Shown here piece by piece: positions 1-13,700 of a stretch of 64,000 bases of DNA (position 1 is the first letter of the stretch; every line of letters begins with the position of its first letter). Both the position numbers and the translations under genes were made by a program. Location: NCBI RefSeq assembly GCF_964204645.1, contig NC_134028.1, positions 17,243,653 through 17,307,652 on the forward strand. Reading direction: 5' to 3'. Source of the stretch: Tubulanus polymorphus. Its lineage: Eukaryota; Animalia; Nemertea. The notes below the pieces were generated by a model, which saw only the letters and a program-made list of their open reading frames with translations, was not told the origin of the DNA and made no database searches.

Positions 1-237
1 CGCATCGTCGTGGCCATGATTATGTTCATCTGGACCGTCTAAAACTGTGATATTGCCGGGGTCACCGTCGTCTCTATTGAAATTGTTTGTTTTCAGCTTG
101 GATCGGCAGTCTTTCCGCCAGCATCGCCAGAGCATGCACTCGCTCAGTTGCCTATTAAAATGGTACTTGTAGCCTTCGTTAATCAGAATTTTGCCAATAC
201 CCCTACTTCCAGTGGATAGTCGCGGTCTCTGAGCCAT
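1..237 (-). CDS. N-terminus of FLYWCH zinc-finger (MULE-type) transposase, running off the window edge
   Basis: Manual minus-strand translation from ATG at 237: MAQRPRLSTGSRGIGKILINEGYKYHFNRQLSECMLWRCWRKDCRSKLKTN...DEHNH, matching the FLYWCH pattern (GY.Y...WRC...C...HNH). Not in the ORF track because it has no stop in the window. Confidence 0.75.
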   Translation of the reverse strand, partial: MAQRPRLSTGSRGIGKILINEGYKYHFNRQLSECMLWRCWRKDCRSKLKTNNFNRDDGDPGNITVLDGPDEHNHGHDDA

Positions 238-475
238 ATCGTACACTCGGTCAACACGTTTAATACGAGAATGGCAGAGATACTCGCATTACTGAGAAAC
301 AACATCATTGGGAACATATAGATTGTCTTAATTTCCCACGCTCCTGACAACTAATAATAGGCGAACGTCATGAGAATTTATTTAAAAAATGTATTTAATT
401 TCAATTGTTGTCCGGTGTGTTCTTACATTAACTGTATAGCATACCGGAACTTTCATTTAGGTTTAAAATCCAATC

Positions 476-566
476 CCGGACCAATGAACCCCCGGACCAA
501 TGAACCCCGGACCAATGAACCCCCGGACTAGTGAACCCCCGGACCAATGAACCCCCGGACTAGTGG
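476..566. repeat. ~17-bp tandem repeat (ccggaccaatgaacccc), ~5 copies, subterminal
   Basis: Directly visible. Confidence 0.9.
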
Positions 567-1549
567 TACGCTCCCATCATGCACATGTGTTATATTAGAA
601 ATACAATATGACTTTTCAATTTTTTAGGCGAAACGTTGCCTTTAATAAATTCCCCGCGTCTTGATTTTCTTGAGATATTTCCCTTGATTGTTAAAACAAC
701 ATCAAATCATCCTGTCTCAAAAAGTATGAAATCTAGGCTGAAATATGTAGCCTTAAATTTGGAATTGGATGAAATGTTCAAAATAAGCCATTCGACCCTG
801 TTATCAGACATATCAGTGTTCTTTAAAACACTTGTTAAATATCGGAGGATTTTTAAGCCGAGCTTCAAACATTTCGATTCCTGAACTAAAATTATTATGT
901 GACATGTAATTATCCAAGACTATATGACTATGAATATGTTTTAGGTGACTGTTTAAGCTGTTCCTTTTATCCGGGAAGGATTTGTTTCAATCGCACTTTT
1001 AAGATATCAACTATGAAAAGTAACGGTATCGAGTGATCGCTGGCAGATTTAGCAGTTAAAATCGCCACACGTGTTAAATGTTTGCATTGATACAGGCGAT
1101 TAAAGAGGGACACATGGCATCCACTGCATATAAAACAGTAGATAGATTTCTGGAGATTTAAAGTTTGGATGCTCTGATAAACTCTATCAGCTGTTGGTTG
1201 GTTAAAGCATAGCAGTGCTAAATTTCTATGGTTATAGTACATTGCAGGTTACCCAAATGATTCGCCTGCTGCCTGAATAAACCTGGTACCTACGAGCATG
1301 GACTCGTTTAGATGGATGTCTGGACGTTATAGTACAGTGTTCATGACTATAGACCCGGGTGACCCGAATTCCCCACCTGCCTGAAAATCTCATAGCGGAG
1401 GTAACGCGTATATCTTTGCTGCACACCGATCTCCTTGAAAGGTCAAAATGCTATTTTTGTGAAGAAGTACACGGGCCTCTCCATCTGATACTTTTAACAC
1501 AGGGTACATAAATATTTAACTAATACTTTTAAACAAGATTTCTTCAGAA

Positions 1550-3000
1550 TAAAAACTACGTCCAAATATCTGGCTAAAGTACTCCCCGGCTCTGGGTACT
1601 TTTTCTGATTCTCACATTAGGCACAATATGGATCTTTTAGACAAACTCAAAAATCTCAAACCTGATGGCCAAAAATTTATATCTTTCGACGCTATATCCT
1701 TGTTTACAAATATACCATTGGAACCAACTCTCAATTTATTAAGAAGAAAACTCCCGGACTACAATCTTGATCTCCCGATTCCATGAACAAATTTTCGGTT
1801 TCGCTATGGGTAACCCATTATCCCCCATTTTGGCTAATCTTTTCCTTGAACATTTTTGAATCCGAAATTCTTCCCAATTACGCTGGCTCTAAACCTAACT
1901 TTTGGATTTGATGACATTCTGTGCTTAGTTTCTGATGATTTTGATCTTAACTCTTTTATTGACTTCATCAACTCTCAATATCCATCTTTGAAATTCACAT
2001 TTGAATGGGAACAAAATGACCAAATTCCGTTTTTAGATCTAATCCACAATAAATACTCTCATTGTTTTTTTCAGTCTACCGTAAACCGATCAACGCTGAG
2101 GCATATCTCCATTTCTTTTCGTTTACTGCTATATCAATCAAAATTGGTCTCGTTCAAGGCCTCTTTCTCCGTGCACTGCGGATCTGCGATGAAACCTTCC
2201 TTTCGGCTGAATTTGACCACATATCCAACTCTCTTAAAAAATTGCTTACCCTGATCACATTTTGAAAATCGCTATTTCTAAGGCTAAACGTACTTTCTTT
2301 AACTCTAAACCTCCAGAAAATAAAAAAAACACATTTCAGAATTCATTGTAGTTCCGTATGTACCTGTTTTGGAAATGTTTCGTCACTCTCTCCCTTTATT
2401 GGATAAACAAATCATTCACGTTAAAAACAAAATTAGCAAGACTTTGGTAAAAAACAATCAATCTAAACCTTCGGACTGCGGCGTATACAAAATTCCATGT
2501 TTCGGTTGTGACAAAAAATTTACTTTGGAGAAACTGGTCGTGATTTAAAAACTCGAATTTCGGAACACAAAAAGGATATAATAAATCGAAAACCGGCTAG
2601 TGGTGTAGCCAATCATGTTTCGAACACTGGTCATCGTTTTCATTTTGATAAAGCCGAAATTATTTATACTTCCAATTACACTAAACGCCACACAGTTGAG
2701 TCTGCCCTAATTACTCGTCACTCAGATATTAGTACCAATTTAAATAAAGACTTTTCTCCCGACAATTCCATTTCTTCATGCCTTGCCAAACACTCATTAT
2801 TTACTCACTCACTCACCAATTTACTCAATTATCCTTTTCTCCTCTTTATGTATACCCCTGTTTTTAGTCAATATCTCACCTGACGATGATCTCTAGTGTG
2901 AGATCGAAACGTCGTGTTCTTACATTTTAGATTGTTTCAATAAATAATTCTCGACTTGAGATTTCTTTTAATTTTTAAATAGTGGGTTTTTATCTTACGT
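1550..3000 (+). mobile_element. Decayed Penelope-like retroelement (RT + GIY-YIG endonuclease)
   Basis: Frameshifted motifs SFDAISLFTNIP, MGNPLSPILANLFLE, FDDIL, VYRKP, then GVYKIPCFGCD..GETGRDLKTRISEH; 3' hammerhead and AATAAA at ~2939. Confidence 0.9.
2875..2920 (+). ncRNA. Minimal type I hammerhead ribozyme of the Penelope element
   Basis: cac-CTGACGA-T-GATCTC(tagtgt)GAGATC-GAAA-CG-TC-gtg: core boxes plus stems I and II. Confidence 0.8.
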
Positions 3001-4369
3001 CTGATAATATCATAATTTTTTATGCATGTTGCCTGCTAAAAGTCACGAATTATGTCATCTTATACGTACGCAGCTTAGTAAAAGTCACAGATTATTCAAG
3101 ATGAATATTGGGAAAAACAACACGGAAAATTTGAAATTTGTGAAACGATTTAAGCTTTTCAAAATCAGAATATTGAAGTATTTTATTAAATTTTGCTGTT
3201 AGCAAGGGGGACATTTGCCTAGAGGAGATTTTTACCGGGGGGGGGGGGGGGATATTTACTGGGGGATTTTTCCGAATATAAACCATTTTAATGACAAAAA
3301 TAATCAAAAATGATGTTGACATATACTTGAAAAAGCTGCATTTCTTCCGATTGAATTTTTTTCATTAAATTATTGCCATGAAATAAAGGTAATTTCGATT
3401 AATCTTAAAACTTCAAAACTTATCACATTATACGAACATATTTCGCTCGATGGTTATCGGTTAGAGTTTTATCGCTCATATATTTCACATCCTCAAAGAG
3501 CATATTCAGAATCTTTAGATTTTAACTGCCCTGAAGACTATATAGCGTTTGCATACAGTTTTGCACTACTATTTATACGCTGTTTATATTGTCACGTAAC
3601 ACTGCAAATCTGAAGCACATGTCGCTATTTATAACAGGGAATCTGGCAAGCGAATCCAAACTGAAAAGAAGATGCTTTTGGAGAAAGGCATGATCGCGGG
3701 GGGGGGGGGCAGACTTGAAATAAATGCCATTGAGTAATTTAGATAAATGTTCGAGAATCTAGCTTTTGGAGAAGGGCCACAGGTGCGTAAGGCACAAAAG
3801 GGGTGTGGTCTTTGAAGAATGAGATGCGATAAGGTGCTTTCTGAGCACTTTCTTAGTTGAAATTCGGAATGGTTTATGCTTACAATTTCAGGCATGTTTT
3901 ATGTAAAAAGGATAATAACGATTACAATAGATTCAAGGAGGCTAAGAATATCTAATGTATAAAATAAAGGTTAAAATCTATCTAAGCCCACGAACTGTTG
4001 AAGAATTTCAGAATGTAGAAATACGACAATAACGGTTTTACACTGGTATCCTTTAACAGCAGGCGATGAAAAAAATTATGTCCAACCGTCAGAAAAGTGG
4101 ATGAGGGCTTCGAGATTGGAGTAAATTAGTTTACAAATTGTCATTGGTTATGGAGTTTTACGATGAATCGAAATTTCCTTCTTTTTATGGCGATATTAGT
4201 TTAATGAAGAATTCGATTTTAACAAATGCAGCTATTTTCAAGCATGTCTGCATTCATATTTTGATTTAATTTCTTAAATTAGAAGCGTAATCATAAATTC
4301 AGGCTAACCTCTCATTATTGAAATGGTGGTTTATTTTCAACGGGGGTCATGGATGTCATTGCATCATAA

Positions 4370-6980
4370 ATTAAGATGTGCATTTTGGAGTGTTCGAACC
4401 TCCCATGATTTTATATTAATTTCGCTGAATCGTTAATTTAAAAAAATAAAATATGCGGTATCTATAATCGATTTATGTGGATCTATCAATGCATTCTAAA
4501 GAAATCTTCCGAACTGAGGCCGAATTTAATAGAAATAAGAAATTACGTATAGTATATATTCAAGATTTCATTTGGATTACGGTAACGGCCTTTGGTGATC
4601 TTCACCGTGGGGTCATGAATGAAGAAATACCGTAATAGAACTCTTAATATGATAACATGTGTTGAGATGAAACCGCAACGTTTTGACTGTTGACTAACAG
4701 CCATCATCAGGTGGAATGTAGACATTCCAGTGATTTGAGCTTTAAGTCAGATGGCAGTCACTGAAAATCCGAACGTTGTTGTGGTTTAATTTTGATAATT
4801 AAATGTCATCGTATAAAATTTTATTGCGGAATTTCTTCATTTATCGGATTAGTGTTCTATTCGACTACTTCGGGTCATGTAGTCGTTTAGATAGAAAATT
4901 ATTTACTTGTCGCCACGGAAGGTATATGCAACCGTGTCAGTCGCTACGGGAGAGATTCTCTGTATATCGGCATCTTAAATTGGCACCTTTGTTGGTCCTA
5001 GCCTGCATTCACTTTCAATTTAACGTATTGGTAACGTTATTCTTACTCTGAATGCACTTCTGTCGTAGAATATGGTCCGACTGATATAAAAGTAGTTTTT
5101 ATTTTACGATAATTTGAGAAAATGAGTTATATTGGAAAAAACTGATAAAGTACCTTAAAATTCAGCGATTCATTGGCATTTTGTTTCATTGGCATCTTCA
5201 AATAGAGTTTTGAGGTGCTAAGTTTATTATTATTAAGAGGTAATTATTTTTGGTTGTCAGTGCAGTTTGTTTATTTGTTCATCAATCACTGTCTAGTTAG
5301 CCAGTGTAATTCACCTGTTGACTGATAGCTGCTGCTGGGCTTTTGATAACCTATACAAACAATTTACTCAACAAAGTAGGAAAGCATGTGAAACTGAAAT
5401 TTCAGCCTTGCATTCTTTTACTTAGACCAGAAGAGGTTTTTTTATCAAATTGGAATATCTGATTTCAAAACTACGTGAACATCTCAACTAAATTTATTTC
5501 AGTATTTATTCAATCAATAATGATAATTGTTAGGCTTGTTCTCACTAGCATACGCTCAGTAAGTAATCGGTATTAGATTATAATATAATGCACTATTATT
5601 TTGATCTCATATTAGAAGTTGTAATATCATTTCAACCAAACTGTATAACTATGAAATGAAATTTCGGTTAAGGTATCAATTCTAACAAGCGATAAAAGGG
5701 TTCAATATTCATAAACGAACAAGCAGAGAACAGCGTGACAAGTGAACATCACATGGATTATTTGAAAATTGATTGTATCGAAATAAACAATAATTGTAGG
5801 TTAATTCTAAGTATTTTAAATACATTTTTGGGAAATTTTTTGTAGTCTTTCATCCAAGTAAAGAGATCTAAAGACATAATCCATTTCATGAACATATGAT
5901 TTTATTTGTATTTTCGTCTCTCATATATCCTTGAAGACAAATTCATTTCTACAGAATCAAAGATTTATGACAGTATGAATGCACCAGCATGTTTTATAAT
6001 CGCAAATATAAAACAAAAATCATAAAATTCTAAATTAGATCTGGCACAATACTTGTTTTAACGTATTTAATCCATAATGATGTTATATAAATCAATAGTT
6101 TTCCTATTGGTTATTCCCATTTTGTTGAGCGTGATATAATTTATGGGGTTCTTAGCAACTCAGAAACTAGGATTTCTATTGACAGAACTGTATTCAAAGC
6201 ATACAGAGTTCTGTATACAAAGCATATGTGGTTTAACCTTACCTTTGACCCTGTCACGTATCACTGCAAATCTTAACAGATGTGGCTATTTTGAACAGGA
6301 AATTACCGTGCCATCTCAAAATGGTCATTGTTCACTAGTTGACTTTTAGAAACGATGTGTTTTGAGAGTAGCTATTGTGGTAGGAGTTACTATCACTAAG
6401 TCGCTGTTTACAATCGGTTGGTTACAGTCACATCTACTGCCAGTGTGCACTATCAAAATGCTAGCACACTAGCACATCAGATGTTTTACAACAGTCACTT
6501 TTCAGCAGTAGAGTCTTTCGAACAGCTTCTATGGAAAACCAACTGAATTGAAAGGTAGACTATTTCGGCGTCAGTTTATTTGTTATTTGTGATAACATCC
6601 AGCAGTCAAATGATTTCATTTCAATCGTTGCCTCAACTTACAATCGTCACGATTTTTTATATATTTTTCTGTCATATCTGGAACTCGGGTCCCCAGGGCG
6701 AATCCTATTAAAGCCGTAAGACTACATCGAAGTACCGATGACGTAAGCCGAAAGCCGTTACCGCTCTCCGCAAAATAGATTCGTTACCGTAATCCAACTG
6801 AATTTTTATAGAATATATGTAACGAAAATTATCAATGAATCGGTCAAATGAAACATTTTCTTTAGAACATGTAAAATGTGCATGGATTCAGCGTAAATTG
6901 AAATCAGCGAAATTAATATAATAATCAACGATTCAGTGATTCAGCGAAGTTCAAACACCCCCAAAACAATGCACATCTGA
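4370..6980. mobile_element. Old element bounded by degenerate ~200-bp inverted repeats (4370-4590 / 6780-6980)
   Basis: tttggattacggtaacg vs cgttaccgtaatccaac; ttatattaatttcgctga vs tcagcgaaattaatataa; gatgtgcatt vs aatgcacatc. Confidence 0.5.
4670..4720 (-). ncRNA. Degenerate hammerhead ribozyme (Penelope-type remnant)
   Basis: Minus strand CTGATGA-T-GGCTGTT(agtc)AACAGTC-AAAA-CGTTG; the GAAA box reads AAAA. Confidence 0.5.
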
Positions 6981-7296
6981 CTCCAATTCTATATAGATTG
7001 TCATCCGATTCTAGAAACGTTTTCGTATCAATCATGGCAATGGCGCAATATAAGTATAAGGCTCTCACTTAAACCTCTTTTAAACCCTTAATTTGGAATG
7101 TGTTCGATGTACATTCCTAACTGTTCAAGTCATTCCTCAATGATAGGAGACGTTTGACTGAAACACTTTTGGATCCTCGTTAGTCAAAACTACAAATCAA
7201 CCGACTGATATCGGACCAGCAATAACTTCAAAAACTGATCAAGTTAACTGACTGATCTTAATCTTGGATTAGTGAATACTGCAAATATAATGCAGT

Positions 7297-7459
7297 CAAC
7301 CGACCTAGGTTACAATATTGTAGCCTCGGTCAGTGTATGCAGATAAATCCGCGCAACTCAACCGACCTAGGTTACAATATTGTAGCCTCGGTCAGTGCAT
7401 GCAGATAAATCCAAGCAAGTCAACCGACCTAGGTTACAATATTGTAGCCTCGGTCAGTG
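7297..7459. repeat. 62-bp tandem repeat (~2.6 copies) with a 30-bp imperfect palindrome
   Basis: caaccgacctaggttacaatattgtagcctcggtcagtg at 7297, 7359 and 7421. Confidence 0.9.
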
Positions 7460-7535
7460 TTCCACTGATGAATCATACATTTGCCTCAACCTAGTCTGCC
7501 AGGTTACTTATTGCTTTGTCTTTATCCTGGCACAA

Positions 7536-9842
7536 TCATAACCGTATTTCTTTTTTCAGCTTTACAACTGATTCCACGAATTTAATAATTCCATTTTCGA
7601 ATAATAATGTGTTATCAACTAAACTTTTTGCCAAATTATCTAATGAACTTGCTAGAAATCTATAAGAATCTAAAAATCTAATGCAGCCAAATTGAAATGA
7701 AATATAATTTTCGGATGTATTAGCTAATAGTTTAAAATCATATTTTCTTACATTTGTACCATTCATAGCATTATATTCTTCTATTTCTTGATTTATTGCA
7801 CCCAATTTTCCTGATAATTGTTTTATAAATAGATGGGTATCATAGCCCGATAAATAATGAAATAATATTAGTACGAAATTAACTTTCTTAGCTTGTAAAT
7901 TACAATCTCCATGAGCAGCTCCACGATATTTTTAATTTAAATGATCATGATCTCTAACTTTTTTATCAAATGAATGAAAACGTTTTTCACAGTAACAACA
8001 ATGAGTTGCATAATTAAAATCAATTTCATCTTCTCTTGTCATAGCTATTCTTTTATTTTTGTTTAATAATTTTGCAAAATCACTTTCTTGTTCAATTATT
8101 TTGTTACAAAAATTATTAACTACATCTTCACCTCTAAAAGGAATATATTGACTTTGGTATAATTCAGGATATGTAATTTTATGTAAATTCCATAAGCAGT
8201 AGCTCTTTGATGAACTTTTTTAATTGTGTTTATAATTGGTGGATCTTGAATTATATCTTCATTTAATTCATTTCCTTTATCCATTGATTTTAAAATTTGC
8301 TTTTTATTATATATTTCTTTTCTATCTTGATCAGTTAATTCTTTATTCAACGATTCAAAATCCCCATAAATTACAAATGGCACTCTATCTTTAAATTTAT
8401 GATTAGTAAATTTCAATTTATAATCTTTTTCTGTTGGCAATTTTAATTTGCAAAAATCTTTATTATCACATTATTCTTTATGTTTTAGTAATGCATTTTC
8501 AGTTCTAAATTTAGATAAACATTTTCTACATACATAAATTTTATGATGATGATCACTTTCTGTTCTAAAGAATAAATCAATTTGTTTTAACCACATATAA
8601 TGTTCATTTTCATCTTTTTTTGTAATTTAACAAATCTATCGCATTTTCATCATCATAATATTCTGTTAAATATAAAGCTTCTAATGTATAATCTGTAATA
8701 TTTTCACCTTTTGTCTTTGGTAATTGCATTAATTCGAATACGTTTATTTTTAAATCATTAACTTTTTCTATTTTAAGAATCATTTTTATAGTTACTGGAT
8801 ATTGATCAATTTTATATGATGTTTCATATTTCTGGTAATTTGTTATACTACAAACATTTTCCTGAGTTTAATGTAAGCAACTAATAATTGACCATAGAAA
8901 ACATTTATTATCTTCATTTTGAACATTTATTACTGCTTTTGTTGTAAACGGTAATTTGATATAACTTGATGCTCTAATATCCTTTTCTGTTGTAAAGTTT
9001 GAATAATTTTTAAACATTGTTTTACTTTTTGATGTTTTAATCATTTTTGTATTATAAACATTTAAATCTAAAAATATAATTTTATTCAGTGTTAAACCAG
9101 AACCCTCAAAATATCTTTCTTCAATATGTCGTTTAAATTCATTAAATATTTTTTCTAATTTCTCTTTTATTTGCGTTTTTGAAATTATTTCTTCAGAGAG
9201 TGTTTGAATATCATAATTCATTTTATCTTCTGACTTTAAAAAACTTACTTTCCCAGAAATACTAATTTTTGGATATTCAACATCTGTTATCAAATCTAGT
9301 ATTTTTTCTATTGTTTCATTAAATTTACTATAATCTTCTATTGTTGTACCTTTAAAAAATCTAAATATAATAGCTGCAGGACCAATTTTACTGTATAATG
9401 TTTCTAAAATTTCAATTGTATCTTTTATTTCTAGTGAATCGATATAATTTCTAACATTTTCCATGTAAGGTTTATTTGAAATGGATTTAGGTTTTGAAGT
9501 TGATTTTTTTACTTGTTGAGGTCTATCATCGAAATAATCTATTCCTAAAACATTATTACTTAAATTTTGATAGTGTTTTTGTGATTCGAGATGTCTATTA
9601 TAATTCCTTTTTACTATAAATTCATTACAAACTTCACATTTTATTTCGTCTTTTTTCAAATCATCTAATCGTTCTTTTCTTTCATTGGAATTTTCTGGAG
9701 TTTAAAAATCTATTACATTTTTTATATGATTTGCAGATTTTTCATGACGCGATTTTTGAGATTTATCAATGTATTTTTTTACAACATGTACAATAATATT
9801 GATTTTCATTAACATCAATTTGTTCTGTCTTATTCTCCCCAT
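7536..9842 (-). pseudogene. polB: 5' half of Maverick/Polinton protein-primed polB (sister subfamily), frameshifted and truncated
   Basis: Collinear with 38735-40901: zinc fingers, NVQNEDNKCFLWSIISCLH, VPFVIYGDFES, VRDHDHLN, YISFQFGCIRFLDSYRFL. Confidence 0.85.
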
Positions 9843-9900
9843 TTATAAGGAAAAAAAATTATTTGTGGTGATGAGTGGGGATTACTTCCCTTATATATAA

Positions 9901-10125
9901 CAAGCGCGCTATTAACCGTTCTCATCCAAGCCTCACAGCATCTATCTATCCGAGCACAGCTGACACGCAATCACTGTACTACAGTAATAGCACACGCGTT
10001 AATAACCGTTCTCGGTAGCACCTCGATGTATCGATCTATCCACACGCAGCTGTTGTTACGCACACTCACGGTATATGCGTATCACAGAGCAATCGTCCGT
10101 TCTCACTAGCGTCTAGAAGCAATTG
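9901..10125. repeat. Degenerate ~90-bp tandem repeat upstream of the polB remnant
   Basis: ccgttctc at 9916, 10006 and 10097; atctatcc and cagctg shared by the first two units. Confidence 0.55.
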
Positions 10126-10740
10126 TATGTAGTAGGTAGGTCTAGCCGAAATAACGAAAACACACATAAAATGTCTGCCTGCCCATCCAAAAGTTCTTAA
10201 ACCACTATTATTCACTCCAGTTAACTACGTAATTTTCCAAAAAGTCAGTACTTTTGGGGGTGACCCAAGCAGCTCTTGAATCCTCTTGAACGAGTTTGAA
10301 GTTTTTTTTCTACGTCGATATATACCTTTTATACGTTGTCTCTGGGCAATAGTCAATGAATCTGATTCAAGATCTAGAGCACTACGAACCAAATCAATGT
10401 GATTGTTGCTTGACCAAAGAATTTCGATTATCTGTCTTATTTGGTGTTGATTTATTGCGAAGTTTTGATGATAGAACAGAATGACGACAAATTGATAGAT
10501 GACTGGTCGAAACAGGAAGTGAACAATTCAACACAGCAAATTTATTTTAATATAGAATACTCATGGTGACATCTTGTGGGCCCGATGATAACTATCTGAA
10601 CCGATTTCATCAACTGTTAAAACGCCGTGTGAACGCATGGGTGTCTCGTACTCCTCGTACTCTGGTATGAAATGAGTTATTTCACTTACACTTTACTCAC
10701 ACTTTTATGTTTAAAACCCTATTGATATCCGCGTGATTAT

Positions 10741-13700
10741 TATTAGGGTTTTCTGACTTTCGTCGAAAACCCTCTTGTAATTCTGTTGATTGTTATTATT
10801 ATTATTTACATATTTTCCATTTTTTTTCGCACATAAAATTCATCTTCTATCAGATTCGATAACTAACAGCTTCTAATTGAAATGTAGAATTCTGATAGTA
10901 ATATTACACGCATTCGCTCCGCGTAGATTATATCTATGCACTCTCCGTCCTATTTTAAACTTAAAATTACTTACTGAAAGATAACACCGGATGATAGTGT
11001 TCCGCGGTCCCTTTCTCTATTGTCTTTTTCCTCTATTGCAAACTCCGGTCCCTGGCGAGAAAGTCGACCACGAACACAGAAACCCGAAAACCAAGGAATA
11101 AAAGGAACTCCGGATTTAAATATGATAATACTCAACTTTTATTCTTCAATTTAAACTTAACTCTCATGACTAAAGCGCCGTGATTACCTTCAAAATGATT
11201 TAGAATGCTCGTCTGATACAAGTATAAATGTTTCAGACAAACAACCATTAAGGCGGATAATGTATTATCGTACATAACGAACAATGCGCGTGTTCTCCCA
11301 GGACATGCCAAGTAACCTACGTATATAAATCGTTTGATCCTTTTTGGAAGTACAATTCAGCTGCGGATCAATAGTAGCAATCGCGACTCGCCCTGTCCGG
11401 TACTCCCACTAACGATAAAAACAGCGTCCTGTCCTGTGGCATGTTGGATAAGGTTTTTGACTCCCAACTGAGAGGTCGAGGGTTCGAATCCTAGTGAAAC
11501 CATGCATTTAGGTAGGTCACGTAGATGCGCCGGCGCGCAACAATTTGTTTATTAATGAAACAACATGGTGGATGGTTGAAATCATTTTCGGCTTAAATTT
11601 ATCGCGAGTTTTAGGACTTTAACGACTTTCACGAAACCATGATTTCTAAAATGAGTAAAATTGATTAATTCTATTCGTAAATCAAGTTACGTTGGCTACA
11701 TTTCCTGAAGATTTCGGGCTCAAATCAACGTGATATGGACAGAAATTGTAGGAATTTTCACACGGAATTTTACTTCCGCGTTCAGTTGACGTTTCGGATC
11801 GATGACAACGACAGCGGAGTTTATGTATTTTAAGGTGAGAATCCGTTAACCAGGGAATGTATTAAATGATTTCTTTAATAATATGAGTATGGTAGCAAAT
11901 GAGTAGGCCTACTCGGTGAAGCAATGGTCATTGTTGGCTACTTACTTAATACCTAGCTTTTTTGGGGGATGCGCCTATAATAGATTTAGGCCCTAAATAT
12001 AATGGGTAGAGCCAGTCAGTGGAATGCCTTAATAGCAGCTAGTTATGGCCTGGTTTACACTGAATGTGCATGACAATTTATTTTGATTACTTTCTTTCCA
12101 GCTATTATTCGTGGAATGAACTGGTCACTACGGCCTTCAATTCCTTTGCGGATTCTTGCAGGAATATCAAACCACAGTGCGCAAATGTATGTTTCAAATT
12201 AGGCTTTTACGACATTGACAGCCAAAGACGTAACTTAACACTCTAACTTAAGCGCAACTTCTCAGATGCTGTAAGTACTTGACGTTTTGCGTAATTTTTT
12301 TTTTGTAATGCAATATTTGGATTAGTAATCAGTAGTGCTAACGTACATGCAGAATTGGATTCATTGTAATTATGGGATGAAAATTCATGGGCGTCACGAG
12401 TCCTGTGACATACCCTTGATATGAAGCTTTTTTAATGTTAATCATTGACTTGTTTAAGAGTAAACTGAATAGCCCTAATTCTTACATTTGATTGCTTAAT
12501 TACAGATGGAAAGAGGTCAGTTGGCATGAAAATCGACTGTGGCTGACTAATTGGCGCGAGTAACCAAAATGCTTCGATCATCAGGGGTAGACAAATTAGC
12601 CGAAGATGAATGAAAACTTCACCTTGATGATCATCAGTTGATTTTGCTGTAATTATTTGCCTGGATATATCCTTCATTTCAAAATCCGTCTTCAGTAGAA
12701 TTTCTTTCAATAAAATATTTTGAAGATTGAATTTGAATTGATCTTAAAACCATAGAAAGCATTCAGAAATTTAGAAAATCCTTGACTCATAATCAAATTC
12801 TGTGAAGTCAGTTAAGGTCTTTTTGGTCGAATCAAGCCGAGGGGTCAGGTGACTAAAACTCAATTCCTCACTGTCTTATAATGCCGAGTACGACGGAGTT
12901 TACACACTGAAACACGTTGGGCTGTGTAAGTGTAATTTGGATAAGTCCACAATATAATGACCGCCCTGCCCCGCTGCATCTGAGACGTCAACAAATTAGA
13001 CTGTATTGCTTCGATGACAAACTGACTCCTACGCAAGATGACCATCCAATTCAAATGTAAATTAAGAAAGAAAACAACAAAACTAGTTGCGTTGATCAAC
13101 AAAAATAAATCAATAGTTTATTACAATACTTCAATTTCAAAATAAGGATAGCAAAAAAAGTGAACAATAAGTGTGTTTGCCATGCGTCTTTAAATATTTC
13201 CCAAGAGTATGTCTTTGTCTGGCCACCACCTGCCTCGACGTCAGACTTTTTCGAGATTTTCGCTAAAAATACGAAACAAGACGAAATTGATGGATGGGAA
13301 TCATACATGCTACATTCACTTTTACTGCGAACATTGGAAAGAGCTAAAGCAATTTTCTAGGAGGAAAAATTGAGTCAAATGATGTTTCAAAATCTGGACG
13401 GGAAAAGTTTTACTGAATTGTATGGCTAATGGCAAATACATGTTTATATTAATAAGGTAAATACCTGTAAAAGGTTGTATAGCAACTTGAATTGAAGGAT
13501 TAATGCAATAGGTCTCTTATTCTAAAAGACGAGCGAGCCATACTTACTAGATTGGTCATGTGAATCAACATCAAATTTAGAACTATCATCCATTTTTAGT
13601 TTTCAATCAAAGACCAACCTATGAAATAAAGTACATATTTTTCTGATAACAACCTGGAATAAATTAAAATAAATCTGAGGAATTCACCAAATTTCTGTAT

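Larger units (their letters stand above)
1..575 (-). mobile_element. 5' end of Mutator-like (MULE) DNA transposon
   Basis: FLYWCH ORF plus subterminal 17-bp repeats ending at a putative terminus (GGGAGCGTACC on the minus strand) at 575. Confidence 0.6.

Noticed and set aside
7297-7459. CRISPR-like palindromic repeats with spacers
   Set aside because: Spacers are nearly identical, there are only three repeats, no cas genes, and the context is eukaryotic.
11428-11502. Functional tRNA gene (also a B-box-like match at ~42995-43010, minus strand)
   Set aside because: No proper acceptor stem; lies within repeats.
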